64,000 nt of DNA from a virus: IMG/VR virus record IMGVR_UViG_3300045988_158900, one strand, 5' to 3'. Below are positions 11,801 to 20,647 of this stretch, piece after piece. The position numbers and the translations under genes were made by a program. Below the pieces are notes generated by a model, which saw only the letters and a program-made list of their open reading frames with translations, had not been told where the DNA came from and searched no databases. How positions within the stretch are numbered: position 1 is the first letter of the stretch; each line of letters begins with the position of its first letter.

Positions 11801-12844
11801 GATTTAATTAATAATATTATTGCAAATCGTCCATATATATCAGTAAAAGATTTTTATTATCGTATTAAACCTAGTAAACAAGCAATGATTTCATTAATTA
11901 AAAGTGGTGCGTTTGATGAAATGATGGACCGCAAAGATTTAATGATTTGGTATATTTGGGAAACTTGTAATAAAAAATCTCGTTTAACGCTACAAAATTT
12001 AGCAACTCTAATTCGTTATAATTTATTGCCAGAAGATAAAGATGAATACGTAATGGCAAGACGAGTTTATGAATTTAATAGATATTTAAAAGCCGTTTGT
12101 AAAGATGGTAATGTGTATAAAGTCGATGAACGAGCAATTAATTTCCTAACTGAAATTGGTTGTGATGATTTAATTGGTAGTTGTTGCCTTTTAGACTCCA
12201 AAGCTTGGGATAAAGTATATCAAAAATATATGGATACATTCCGGGTTTGGATTACAGAGAATAAAGATGTTATTTTAAATAAATTAAATAATAAAATATT
12301 TAAAGATGATTGGGATAAATATGCATCTAAATCTATTTCTGCATGGGAGATGGAAGTCTTGTGTTTCTATTATCATGAGCATGAATTAGCCCATGTAAAT
12401 AATAGTAAATATGGATTTGTTGATTTCTTCCATCTACCAGAAGAACCAATTGTTGATAAAGTTTTTTCTAAAGGTAATAAAACAATTACTATGTATAAAT
12501 TACACAAAATTTGTGGAACTTGTATTGCTAAAAATAAAACTAAGTCAACAGTTACATTACTCACTATTTCTGGAGTTGTTGAAGTTAAATTTAGAAAAGA
12601 ATATTTCTCATTATTTGATAAACAAATTTCAGAAAAACAAGCTGATGGTACTAAAAAAGTAATGGAAAAAAGCTGGTTTAATCGTGGTAATATGATTGCT
12701 GTTCAAGGTATTCGTCAAGGTGATAATTTTATAGCGAAGAAATATGCCAGCTCTGGCGGTCATCAATTATATAAAATTGATAAAATTTTAAATAATGGTG
12801 ATATTGAATTAAAAGATGAAAGATACAATGGAGGAGCTAATTAA
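8891..12844 (+). CDS. dnaE: DNA polymerase III alpha subunit (DnaE-type, PHP domain N-terminal), ~1318 aa with a single in-frame TAG at 11681-11683
   Basis: PHP start MRPYFGVHNHTHYSNL. The polymerase core and the region around the TAG (AKAIGDI*SAGIKVSLADINKAKFGF, aligning with the DnaE IADCRRHGIKVLPPDIN block) are one frame. Track ORFs 8873..11683 and 11786..12844 are the same frame. Confidence 0.85.
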
Positions 12845-13440
12845 TGTATAATATATTAGCATTAATTGGTGAAGCGGGGAGTGGTAAGGATACCATTCTC
12901 CGTAAACTAATTGACGATACAAAACATTATTATAATGGTAAATTACCGCTACATGAAATTATAAGTTATACTTCAAGACCTCCAAGAGAAAAAGAAGTGG
13001 ATGGTATTAACTACCATTTTATCTCAGCAGAAAAATTTGCTGAAATGATTTTATAGAATCAAATGTTTGAAGCTACTGTTTTTAATGAATGGTGCTATGG
13101 CACAGGAATTGAATCAGTCAAAGAAGGTGCTATCAATGTAGGAGTATTTAATCCAGAAGGCGCAGAGATTTTATTACATGATAAACGAGTAAATTTAATT
13201 ATCATTTATATTCACGCAGATGATAAAATTCGATTAATTAGACAGTTAAATCGAGAGGCTAACCCGGATATTGATGAAATTATTCGTCGATATAAAGCAG
13301 ATAAACTCGATTTTGAAGATGCTGATGATTTATGTAATTGGTTATATATAAATAATACTCCTGCGGAATTAGAATATATATATAAAGATTTAGCATTATT
13401 CCTGTCTCGGTGGCCGGAGCATCTGGACACAACTTATTAA
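12844..13440 (+). CDS. gmk: Guanylate-kinase-like nucleoside monophosphate kinase, one in-frame TAG at 13054-13056
   Basis: P-loop GEAGSGKDT and Gmk motifs TSRPPREKEVDGINYHF and FNEWCYGT. TAATG coupling to dnaE. Confidence 0.6.
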
Positions 13441-13457
13441 TTTATTTACAACAAACA

Positions 13458-13502
13458 CTAAATATAGTGGATATCCTAATTTTTTCCACTATATTTAGTG
13501 CG
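13458..13502 (+). other. Perfect 15-bp inverted repeat (CACTAAATATAGTGG ... CCACTATATTTAGTG) with central GGATATCC palindrome. Intergenic hairpin/terminator or regulator site between kinase and nrdD.
   Basis: Seen directly. T-run lies in the loop rather than 3' of the stem. Confidence 0.35.
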
Positions 13503-13512
13503 GAGGTTATAA

Positions 13513-15765
13513 ATGTTTTATATAATTAAACGTAATGGCGATGTAATGCCATTTAATAAACAAAAGATTATTGATGCTATTACTAAAGCATTTATCGCTG
13601 TCGATGAAAATATTTTTGAATCAGATAGTATTAATAGCATCGCTGATGAAGTAGAATATAGGGCTAGCCATTTCCCTGATGGAAGTGTTAATGTTGAAGA
13701 TATTCAAAATTGGATTGAAGAGGCATTAATGACATCAGAGCGTCCTGATATCGCTCGTGCCTATATTCGTTATAGATATAAAAAAGAAGTCGCTCGTACT
13801 CATTCAACTGAATTTATTACGGCGATTGGTGAAAAAATTCGTGGTGCTAATATTTAGAATCAAAATGCTAATGTTGATGAAGCATCATTTGGTGGGCGCA
13901 TGGGTGAGGCCAATAGTCTCTTAATGAAGCAATATGCTCTTGATTATATTGTTTCCCCTCGGACAAAGCGCAATCATGAAGAGAATATGATTTATACTCA
14001 TGACCTTGACCATTATGCTGTGGGCGACCATAACTGTTTATCAATTCCATTTGATGATTTACTTGCTAATGGATTTAACACTCGTCAAACAGATGTGCGT
14101 CCAGCCGGTTCAGTAAATACAGCATTCCAATTAGTTGCAGTTATTTTCCAATTACAATCTCTTCAATAGTTCGGCGGAGTAAGTGCCACTCATCTTGATT
14201 GGACTATGGTTCCCTATGTTAAAAAGAGTTTTAGAAAACATTTTAAAGCATATTTAACTGATGTTGATGATTATAGTGAAGGTATGGCCTTACAAATTAT
14301 GAGTGATTGTGAGCCTATTGAAATTTCTAATAAAGAATTATTACAAAGTCAATTTGGTCATCAAAATGCCTATAATTATGCTCTAAAACAAACAGAAAAA
14401 GAAATCCATCAAGCGGTTGAAGGTATGTATCATAATTTAAATACTCTTCAAAGCCGTAGCGGTAATCAACTTCCATTTACTTCTATTAACTATGGAACTT
14501 GTACTCTTCCAGAAGGAAGAATGATTACAAAAGCTCTATTAGAAGTGTCCCTTGAGGGATTAGGTAAATTACATAAAACTTCTATTTTCCCTTGTGGAAT
14601 TTTCCAATGTATGAAAGGTGTTAATAGAGAACCAGGTGACCCGAATTATGATTTATTTAAACTTGCGTTAAAATCTACTGCTAAAAGATTATATCCTAAT
14701 TATGCGAATGTTGATTGGTCTGGAAATGCTGGCTATGATATTAATGACCCACGCACCTATTTTAGCACAATGGGATGCCGAACTGCTAATGGATATGATA
14801 TTAACGGTTTAGGTCAATTAAAAGATGGCCGTGGCAATATTTGTCCGGTAACTATTATTATGCCTACACTAGCTATGATGGCAAAAGAAGCAGCTGAAAA
14901 TAGTGATTTTCAATTAACTCCAAAAGCTGCTAGGATTAGAAGTTTTATGACTTTACTTGATGAAAAAATCCATGAGGCAAAAGATCAATTAATTGAACGT
15001 TTTGATTGGATTTGTTCTCAAAATCCAGCTTCAGCCAAATTCATGTATGAAAACAATCTAATGGCAGGTTATATTCCAGAAGAAGGAATTAGAAGCGCGC
15101 TTAAACATGGAACATTGGCTCTAGGTTAGTTAGGACTAGCAGAAACTCTACAAATTCTTATTGGTACTGACCATACAACTCCAGAAGGAATGGAATTAGC
15201 AAAAAAAATTGAATCCTTATTTAAACAGCGTTGTGCGGAATTTAAGGAACAATATAAATTAAACTTTGGTGTTTATTATACTCCCGCAGAAAATCTCTGT
15301 TATACCGCAATGAAGAAATTTAAGGCTAAGTATGGCGAAATTCCTAATGTAAGTGATAAAGAATTTTTTACTAATTCAATTCATGTCCCTGTATGGAAAG
15401 AAGTGAGCCCATTTGATAAAATTGATATTGAGAGTCAATTGACTGGATATAGTAATGCCGGTTGTATTACTTATGTTGAGTTAGATTCTACTGTATCTAA
15501 TAACTTAACTGCTCTTGAGCAAATTGTAAATTATGCTATGGATAAAGATATTCCTTATTTTGCTGTAAATGTTCCTAATGACACTTGTCTAAAGTGTGGA
15601 TATACTGGCGAATTTAATGATAAATGTCCAGAATGCGGTAGTAAAGAAATCCAGCAACTTCGTCGTGTGACTGGTTATTTAACTGGTAATTATAAAACTG
15701 CATTTAATTTAGGAAAGCAAGATGAAGTTGAACATCGAGTCAAACATGTAGGAGTGATGGAATGA
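13513..15765 (+). CDS. nrdD: Anaerobic ribonucleoside-triphosphate reductase NrdD (class III RNR), one gene with three in-frame TAG (13855, 14167, 15127)
   Basis: Strong similarity to T4/E. coli NrdD blocks: HNCLSIPFDDLLANGFNTRQ, YTPAENLCYTAMKKFKAKYG, zinc site CLKCGYTGEF...CPECG, C-terminal glycyl-radical motif RRVTGYL. Four same-frame track ORFs. Confidence 0.85.
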
Positions 15766-16256
15766 GATACGCCGGTATAATTAAAAATGATATTGCTGGA
15801 GCTCCTGGAGTGTGCGTCTCATTTTTCACTCAAGGATGCGCCAGACATTGCGAGGGTTGTTAGAATCCAGAAACTTGGGATTTTAACGGCGGAAAAGAAT
15901 TTACTACTGATACATTAGATGATATAGTAAATGCTCTTACTGCTAATGGTATACATCGTGATTTTTGTATTATGGGAGGAGAGCCCCTTGCGCCAGAAAA
16001 TCTATTCCTTGTAGATTTAATTATTGAACATATTAAAGACGCTCTTCCTAAAACAAAAATTTTTTTATGGACTGGATATACAATGGATGAATTGGCTATG
16101 CGCAGAGAGCCACATCTAAAAAATATTGTTGATAATATTGACTGTATTATTGACGGCCCATTTAAAATTGAACAACGAGATATTACCTTACCTATGCGTG
16201 GTTCACGCAATCAAAAAGTTTATTATGCTCCATTTGACTTATGGGAAAAAATATGA
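15762..16256 (+). CDS. nrdG: Anaerobic RNR activating protein NrdG (radical SAM), one in-frame TAG at 15861-15863
   Basis: ATG overlaps the nrdD TGA (ATGA). CX3CX2C cluster GCARHCEGC*N, where the TAG sits at the position that is Tyr in E. coli CPGCYN and T4 CEGCYN. Confidence 0.8.
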
Positions 16257-16262
16257 TATAAT
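16234..16262 (+). promoter_or_regulatory. SigA-type promoter TTGACT-17-TATAAT
   Basis: TTGACT 16234-16239, 17-nt spacer, TATAAT 16257-16262, then RBS GGAGG and ATG 16284. Confidence 0.5.
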
Positions 16263-16283
16263 ATAGAAAATGGAGGATAATAA

Positions 16284-16829
16284 ATGACTAATGGATTAAA
16301 ATGTATTGGTGTAAAAACCATTGATGAATTAAAATATTCTCCTCAAGTATTTGAAAATGGTGCAGTAGCATATACTGAAGATAAAAAAGTATATTGTTAT
16401 ATGAATGGTAAATGGGAAGAAGTATCAAATTATGGTACTATTGATAAAGTTGATGATACTAAAGCTAACTTAAATTTAAATTTATATGATTTAAATAAAT
16501 CTCTAGTACGTTCATTACCAGACCCCGATACAGATACATTAGGAGATTATCAACAAAAAATTAATAATTATCATCGAAAGACGAATAATAATTATTATCT
16601 TATGTTATGCAGAGATTATAATTATTATACTGTATTTCATTATGAACCAACAATTATTGCTGATTCATTTGGCAAATCTATATTAGACTGCCTTGCTGAT
16701 GTTGGTAAAATTAAAACATTAGATTGGAATGAAGAACAGGGCGCCATTGAAATTTGGATGTCTATCAGTGATAATATTTATATGTTCTATTTATTTGGAT
16801 ATGATGCAGGGGTGGTGGATTTTTCGTGA
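16284..16829 (+). CDS. Hypothetical protein (181 aa)
   Basis: RBS AATGGAGG. GTGA overlap with the next gene. Confidence 0.5.
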   Translation: MTNGLKCIGVKTIDELKYSPQVFENGAVAYTEDKKVYCYMNGKWEEVSNYGTIDKVDDTKANLNLNLYDLNKSLVRSLPDPDTDTLGDYQQKINNYHRKTNNNYYLMLCRDYNYYTVFHYEPTIIADSFGKSILDCLADVGKIKTLDWNEEQGAIEIWMSISDNIYMFYLFGYDAGVVDFS

Positions 16830-17104
16830 ACCGTTTATTTTGTAGTTTACAGCCATTTGATATGGCCCAACAAATTTATGCAGTAGATAATAATGGCAAT
16901 ATCGTAGATACATTTAGTTGTACTTTCGATGATATGGTTGAAGCCATTCCATCCTATTGCAAAAATAATAATATTAATGTAATTCATTTGTTAGGTATTA
17001 CTGATTACACATTTGAAATGAAACAAAGAATGATGGAATTTTGTAAAACTAATTATGCATATGAAAATTTAAATCTAACTATTGATTGTGGAGAAGAAAA
17101 ATAA
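16826..17104 (+). CDS. Hypothetical protein (92 aa, GTG start)
   Basis: GTGA and TAATG overlaps on both sides. Confidence 0.4.
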   Translation: MNRLFCSLQPFDMAQQIYAVDNNGNIVDTFSCTFDDMVEAIPSYCKNNNINVIHLLGITDYTFEMKQRMMEFCKTNYAYENLNLTIDCGEEK

Positions 17105-17355
17105 TGGAATACCTAGTAAGTACAACTGAAGTATATAGAGTTGATGATGAAGCCAGTGCCACTTCTTTAATTGAGAAAGCTAAGCATGATAGTATGTATG
17201 AACTAGCTAAATATAGTTCTGTAAAAAAGGAAAAGAAACAGAAGGGCGAAATCATTGATGAATGGTATCAAGTTTCATTAACTAAGAAATTTAATGATGA
17301 AAAAGACCCTATTTCTGTTGTTAATATTAAATATGGGGAGCAAATTGATTTCTAA
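17104..17355 (+). CDS. Hypothetical acidic/lysine-rich protein (83 aa)
   Basis: ATG 17104 overlaps the upstream TAA. TAATG overlap with dut. Confidence 0.4.
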   Translation: MEYLVSTTEVYRVDDEASATSLIEKAKHDSMYELAKYSSVKKEKKQKGEIIDEWYQVSLTKKFNDEKDPISVVNIKYGEQIDF

Positions 17356-17897
17356 TGATTAAATTTGAAAGAATTTCTAAATACCCTGATGCAGTAATTC
17401 CCACTCGTAGCACAGTTAATTCCGCAGGATATGATTTTACTGTGGTTGAAGATATTGTAATCCCATCTTATTCTGACCAAATGAGCGAAATGGTTCAATG
17501 GGGTAGCACTGGCCATACTTATACTCTAACTGAAATGGCTAGTTTTACTAAAGAATTAAAAATAAAACCTACTCTTATTCCTACTGGAATTAAATGTTGT
17601 CTTGATGTTGATACATATCTTGAATTATCAGTACGTAGTTCTACTCCACTAAAGCATTGGATTATTCTTGCTAATGGAGTGGGCATTATTGATGCTGATT
17701 ATTATAATAATCCTGACAATGAAGGACATATTTATTTTCAAGTAATTAATCTTACTCCATTTGATATTCAACTTAAAAAGGGAGACAAAATTGGTCAAGG
17801 TATTATTAAATCTTATCTAACAACAGATGATGATAATGCTTTTGGTCAACGGCTTGGTGGGTTTGGTTCTACTACGAGTAGCCCAGAAGCCAATTAA
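17355..17897 (+). CDS. dut: dUTP diphosphatase (dUTPase)
   Basis: Motifs NSAGYDF, beta-rich trimeric dUTPase core, C-terminal GGFGSTT. Confidence 0.7.
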   Translation: MIKFERISKYPDAVIPTRSTVNSAGYDFTVVEDIVIPSYSDQMSEMVQWGSTGHTYTLTEMASFTKELKIKPTLIPTGIKCCLDVDTYLELSVRSSTPLKHWIILANGVGIIDADYYNNPDNEGHIYFQVINLTPFDIQLKKGDKIGQGIIKSYLTTDDDNAFGQRLGGFGSTTSSPEAN

Positions 17898-17911
17898 ACT
17901 AGTCTAACTTA

Positions 17912-18421
17912 ATGAATATATTATTCTTAGATTTATCATCTAAATCTACTGGATGGTGTTTATCTTCTGAAAAAGGGGAAATGCTCAAATGGGGATTAAT
18001 CCCTATTTCAGGAGATAATACTCTTGAACGTATTAAACAAATGACTGATAAAATTGTAGATTTGATAAAAGAAAATAGTGTTGGTAAAATAGTCGCAGAA
18101 GATGTGCATCCAGAAGCATATGGGAATAAATCTCATACTGAACGTGTTTTAATGTGGCTTCAAGGGTCTGTGGCATTAGGTGCTCATAGTATTGATACTA
18201 GCATTGATTATGATTTTATTGAATTTATGAATTCATCATCATGGCGAAAATTACTTGGAATGAAACTTGGTCCAAAAGTAAAACGAGTAGCACTTAAACA
18301 AGCAGATATTGAGTTTGTAAAAAATAAATATGGTATAGTGGCTAATGATGATGTATGCGATGCTATATGTTTATATACTGCATATTTCACTAAATCTCAA
18401 GAAGAGTATAATTGGGAATAA
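17912..18421 (+). CDS. ruvC: RuvC-like Holliday junction resolvase (phage type)
   Basis: N-terminal ILFLDLSSKSTGW catalytic Asp, mid ED, C-terminal DDVCDAI acidic residues typical of the RuvC/YqgF fold. Confidence 0.6.
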   Translation: MNILFLDLSSKSTGWCLSSEKGEMLKWGLIPISGDNTLERIKQMTDKIVDLIKENSVGKIVAEDVHPEAYGNKSHTERVLMWLQGSVALGAHSIDTSIDYDFIEFMNSSSWRKLLGMKLGPKVKRVALKQADIEFVKNKYGIVANDDVCDAICLYTAYFTKSQEEYNWE

Positions 18422-18451
18422 GGCCAAAATACAAAAAAAAATAACTCCTTA

Positions 18452-18498
18452 TTTGTAAGAACAAATGGATAGAGATTCTTACGGAAAGGAGTTTTTTA
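18452..18498 (+). terminator. Nested hairpin (AACTCCTT...AAGGAGTT outer, GTAAGAA...TTCTTAC inner) followed by T6. The 3' arm doubles as RBS for the next gene.
   Basis: Seen directly. Confidence 0.4.
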
Positions 18499-18499
18499 A

Positions 18500-18994
18500 A
18501 TGCTTGATTTTATCGCCAAATATTGGCTTGAGTTTTTACTTGGTATAATCGCATTGGGACTTACGGGTTTAGCTAAATATTTTTATAATTTATATAAAAA
18601 AGAAAAATAGCGTTTAGAAGATGAAGCTCATGAAAAAATTATTAAAGAATTAAAAAGTAAAATTAGTGATGAGCATAAAACTACAGCTAATTTATTGCAA
18701 ACTGAGCGGAATTTATCTAAACAAGAAAATGAGAGTTTAAAACAAGAAATTTATAATATAAATGGTAAAATAGATGTTGTAAGCGGTGGCGTTTTATCTA
18801 TTTAGGGAAAACAATTTAAAAATGATTGCCGAAAATTATTAAATCCAGACCATGAAATCACTCTCGATGAATTTGAAGAAATTGAGAGCGACCATGAGAT
18901 ATATAATAAAATGGGTGGAAATCATACCGGAGATAAACTATTCCAAATGGTAGAATAGAAATTTAGAAATAGTTTATCTACTTATAAAGAATAA
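18500..18994 (+). CDS. Membrane protein with N-terminal TM helix and coiled-coil tail (holin/spanin-like), three in-frame TAG (18608, 18803, 18956)
   Basis: RBS GGAAAGGAG. Hydrophobic segment WLEFLLGIIALGLTGLA. Ends TAA 18992-18994. Confidence 0.45.
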
Positions 18995-19000
18995 AAAAAT

Positions 19001-19033
19001 AGCCGAGAATTAAATAAAACTTAATTCTCGGCT
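19001..19033. terminator. Bidirectional rho-independent terminator (AGCCGAGAATTAA / TTAATTCTCGGCT) between convergent genes
   Basis: Perfect 13-bp inverted repeat with A/T runs on both sides. Confidence 0.55.
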
Positions 19034-19042
19034 TATAATAAT

Positions 19043-19495
19043 TTATTCTTCTATTTTATAATAATATTTTAAAAATTCAGGACTAAAATCGTAAGCTAAT
19101 CCTTCTGTAATCAATCCTTCAATTTCACAAATTTCTGCGGAAACATTTTTAATTAATTTTTTAGCTATTTTTAACTCATGGAATGCCATATTTTCTTTGA
19201 AGTGCATTGCGGCTTCTTTATAGATGCTCATTGTTTCCTTCTCCCAATCGAGCCAATGGTAGAGACTCTCTTTACTTAATGATTTAATGGCTCCCTTGGT
19301 AACATCCATAGATGTTTTACTATACCATTCTGCTGGAATTAATGTTGTGTTTTCCATTTCAAATTGTGGAATTGAAAAATATATTTTTGCATAACAATCT
19401 TTAATACATTGAAGAGTTTTTAATTCTTCCTAAGATTGATGACAATGGATTTCTTTTAAACCATCTAAACATAAAAAACGGTAATAGTCAGTCAT
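19043..19495 (-). CDS. Hypothetical Cys/His-containing protein (~150 codons) with one in-frame TAG (19424-19426)
   Basis: Ends TAA 19043-19045. The frame is open upstream of the track ORF through a TAG to ATG 19493-19495. Confidence 0.35.
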
Positions 19496-19589
19496 GTTTT
19501 CATGAACGATTCAGGTAAGGATTTTGAGATTGAGGATAATAGTTATAACTGTTTGGATACATTTTCTAGAAAATATCTCGCTTTCCAAT

Positions 19590-19639
19590 TTTTTTACAGC
19601 GAAGTAAAAAATTTTACAGTGGTGTAAAAAATTTTACTG
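19590..19639. promoter_or_regulatory. Tandem operator-like repeats GTAAAAAATTTTAC(A/T)G x2 with a 20-bp period, plus flanking TTTTTTAC...GTAAAAAA inverted repeat, in a divergent intergenic region
   Basis: Seen at 19604-19619 and 19624-19639. Each unit is near-palindromic. Confidence 0.4.
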
Positions 19640-19752
19640 GGCTCCTCCATTATATAATGTAAATTAGGATGGACTAACTAACGATTTTTGCCTGGTTATT
19701 TTCGGGAAAACTATCTAGAATATTTTTTATATTAAATAGGGATTGACATTTA

Positions 19753-19781
19753 TTGACTTTTCCAAAAATTTATTTTATAAT
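19753..19781 (+). promoter_or_regulatory. Consensus SigA promoter TTGACT-17-TATAAT
   Basis: TTGACT 19753-19758, 17-nt spacer, TATAAT 19776-19781, then RBS AGAGGAGG and ATG 19810. Confidence 0.55.
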
Positions 19782-19809
19782 ACAGAAAAATAGAAGAGGA
19801 GGAAAATTT

Positions 19810-20223
19810 ATGGATTGGCTAGAAATGCTACAACAAATTTTCAATATTCTTATTGTCCCAGTACTAACAGCTGTCTCTTTATTCTTGGTTCGTTTTATTC
19901 ACTCTAAAACCAATGAATTGAAGGCTAAAACCAATGATGAAACTCTTCAAAAATATATAGACATGCTTAATAAAACAATTACTGATTGTGTATTAGCAAC
20001 AAATCAAACATATGTTGAAAGTTTGAAGGGTCAAAATGCGTTTGATAAAAATGCTCAATTAGAAGCATTCAAAAAGACTTATGACGCTGTAATGGGTATT
20101 CTGACTGAAGATGCTAAAGAGTATCTTGAGGAAGCCCTCGGCGATTTGAGTGGATATATTACCACTAAAATCGAGTCTGAAGTCAATACAAATAAAGCTC
20201 AACCTAAAAAGGCCGAAAATTAA
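19810..20223 (+). CDS. Small membrane protein (holin-like, N-terminal TM helix)
   Basis: MDWLEMLQQIFNILIVPVLTAVSLFLV hydrophobic N-terminus and charged C-terminus. Strong promoter and RBS. Confidence 0.45.
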   Translation: MDWLEMLQQIFNILIVPVLTAVSLFLVRFIHSKTNELKAKTNDETLQKYIDMLNKTITDCVLATNQTYVESLKGQNAFDKNAQLEAFKKTYDAVMGILTEDAKEYLEEALGDLSGYITTKIESEVNTNKAQPKKAEN

Positions 20224-20556
20224 TTGATCATCTGTTTATGCGGGAGCACTAAATTCAAAGAGTCCTTCGAGAAATTAGGAGCAATCCTATCTCTCGAAGG
20301 ACATATTGTTTTATCTCCTAAAGTATTTGCTCATGCAGATAATATTGTATTATCATCAGACACAGAAACTAGATTATTAAACTCTAGTAAAAATAAAATT
20401 AATATGGCTGATGCCGTTTATTTTATTACTGGAGAAAATGAATATATTGGAACAACTGGTTATCAAGAAATTTGTTATGCTAGAAAATTAAATAAACCTA
20501 TTACCTATTTTTCTAATAAAAAAATTGATGAATATGGTTATAATGTTATCCGATAG
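20224..20556 (+). CDS. Hypothetical protein (110 aa, TTG start)
   Basis: Immediately follows the previous TAA. Followed by a strong terminator. Confidence 0.4.
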   Translation: MIICLCGSTKFKESFEKLGAILSLEGHIVLSPKVFAHADNIVLSSDTETRLLNSSKNKINMADAVYFITGENEYIGTTGYQEICYARKLNKPITYFSNKKIDEYGYNVIR

Positions 20557-20583
20557 CATGTGAATAATGTGATGAACCAAACA

Positions 20584-20638
20584 AAAAATGGCGATTAAGA
20601 AAAAACTTGTAATGTTTTTCTTAATCGCCATTTTTTTT
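20584..20638. terminator. Bidirectional rho-independent terminator (AAAAATGGCGATTAAGAAAAA / TTTTTCTTAATCGCCATTTTT)
   Basis: ~21-bp inverted repeat between the convergent plus-strand early block and the minus-strand late operon. Confidence 0.6.
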
Positions 20639-20647
20639 ATTTATAGA

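Noticed and set aside
10876-13430. Short minus-strand and alternative-frame ORFs within dnaE and the kinase (10876, 12373, 12411, 13212)
   Set aside because: Inside strongly supported CDS. Compositionally biased.
4104-15765. In-frame TAGs as pseudogenisation or sequencing errors
   Set aside because: Interruptions are exclusively TAG and never TAA/TGA. The frame and conserved motifs continue on both sides. They occur in essential genes (dnaE, nrdD) and dozens of times in structural genes.
15860-16210. Antisense 116-aa ORF opposite nrdG
   Set aside because: Overlaps the conserved nrdG coding region. No RBS.
18500-20223. Lysis cassette (holin + endolysin)
   Set aside because: Two small membrane proteins are present, but no adjacent amidase or muramidase gene. 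Function left as holin-like only.
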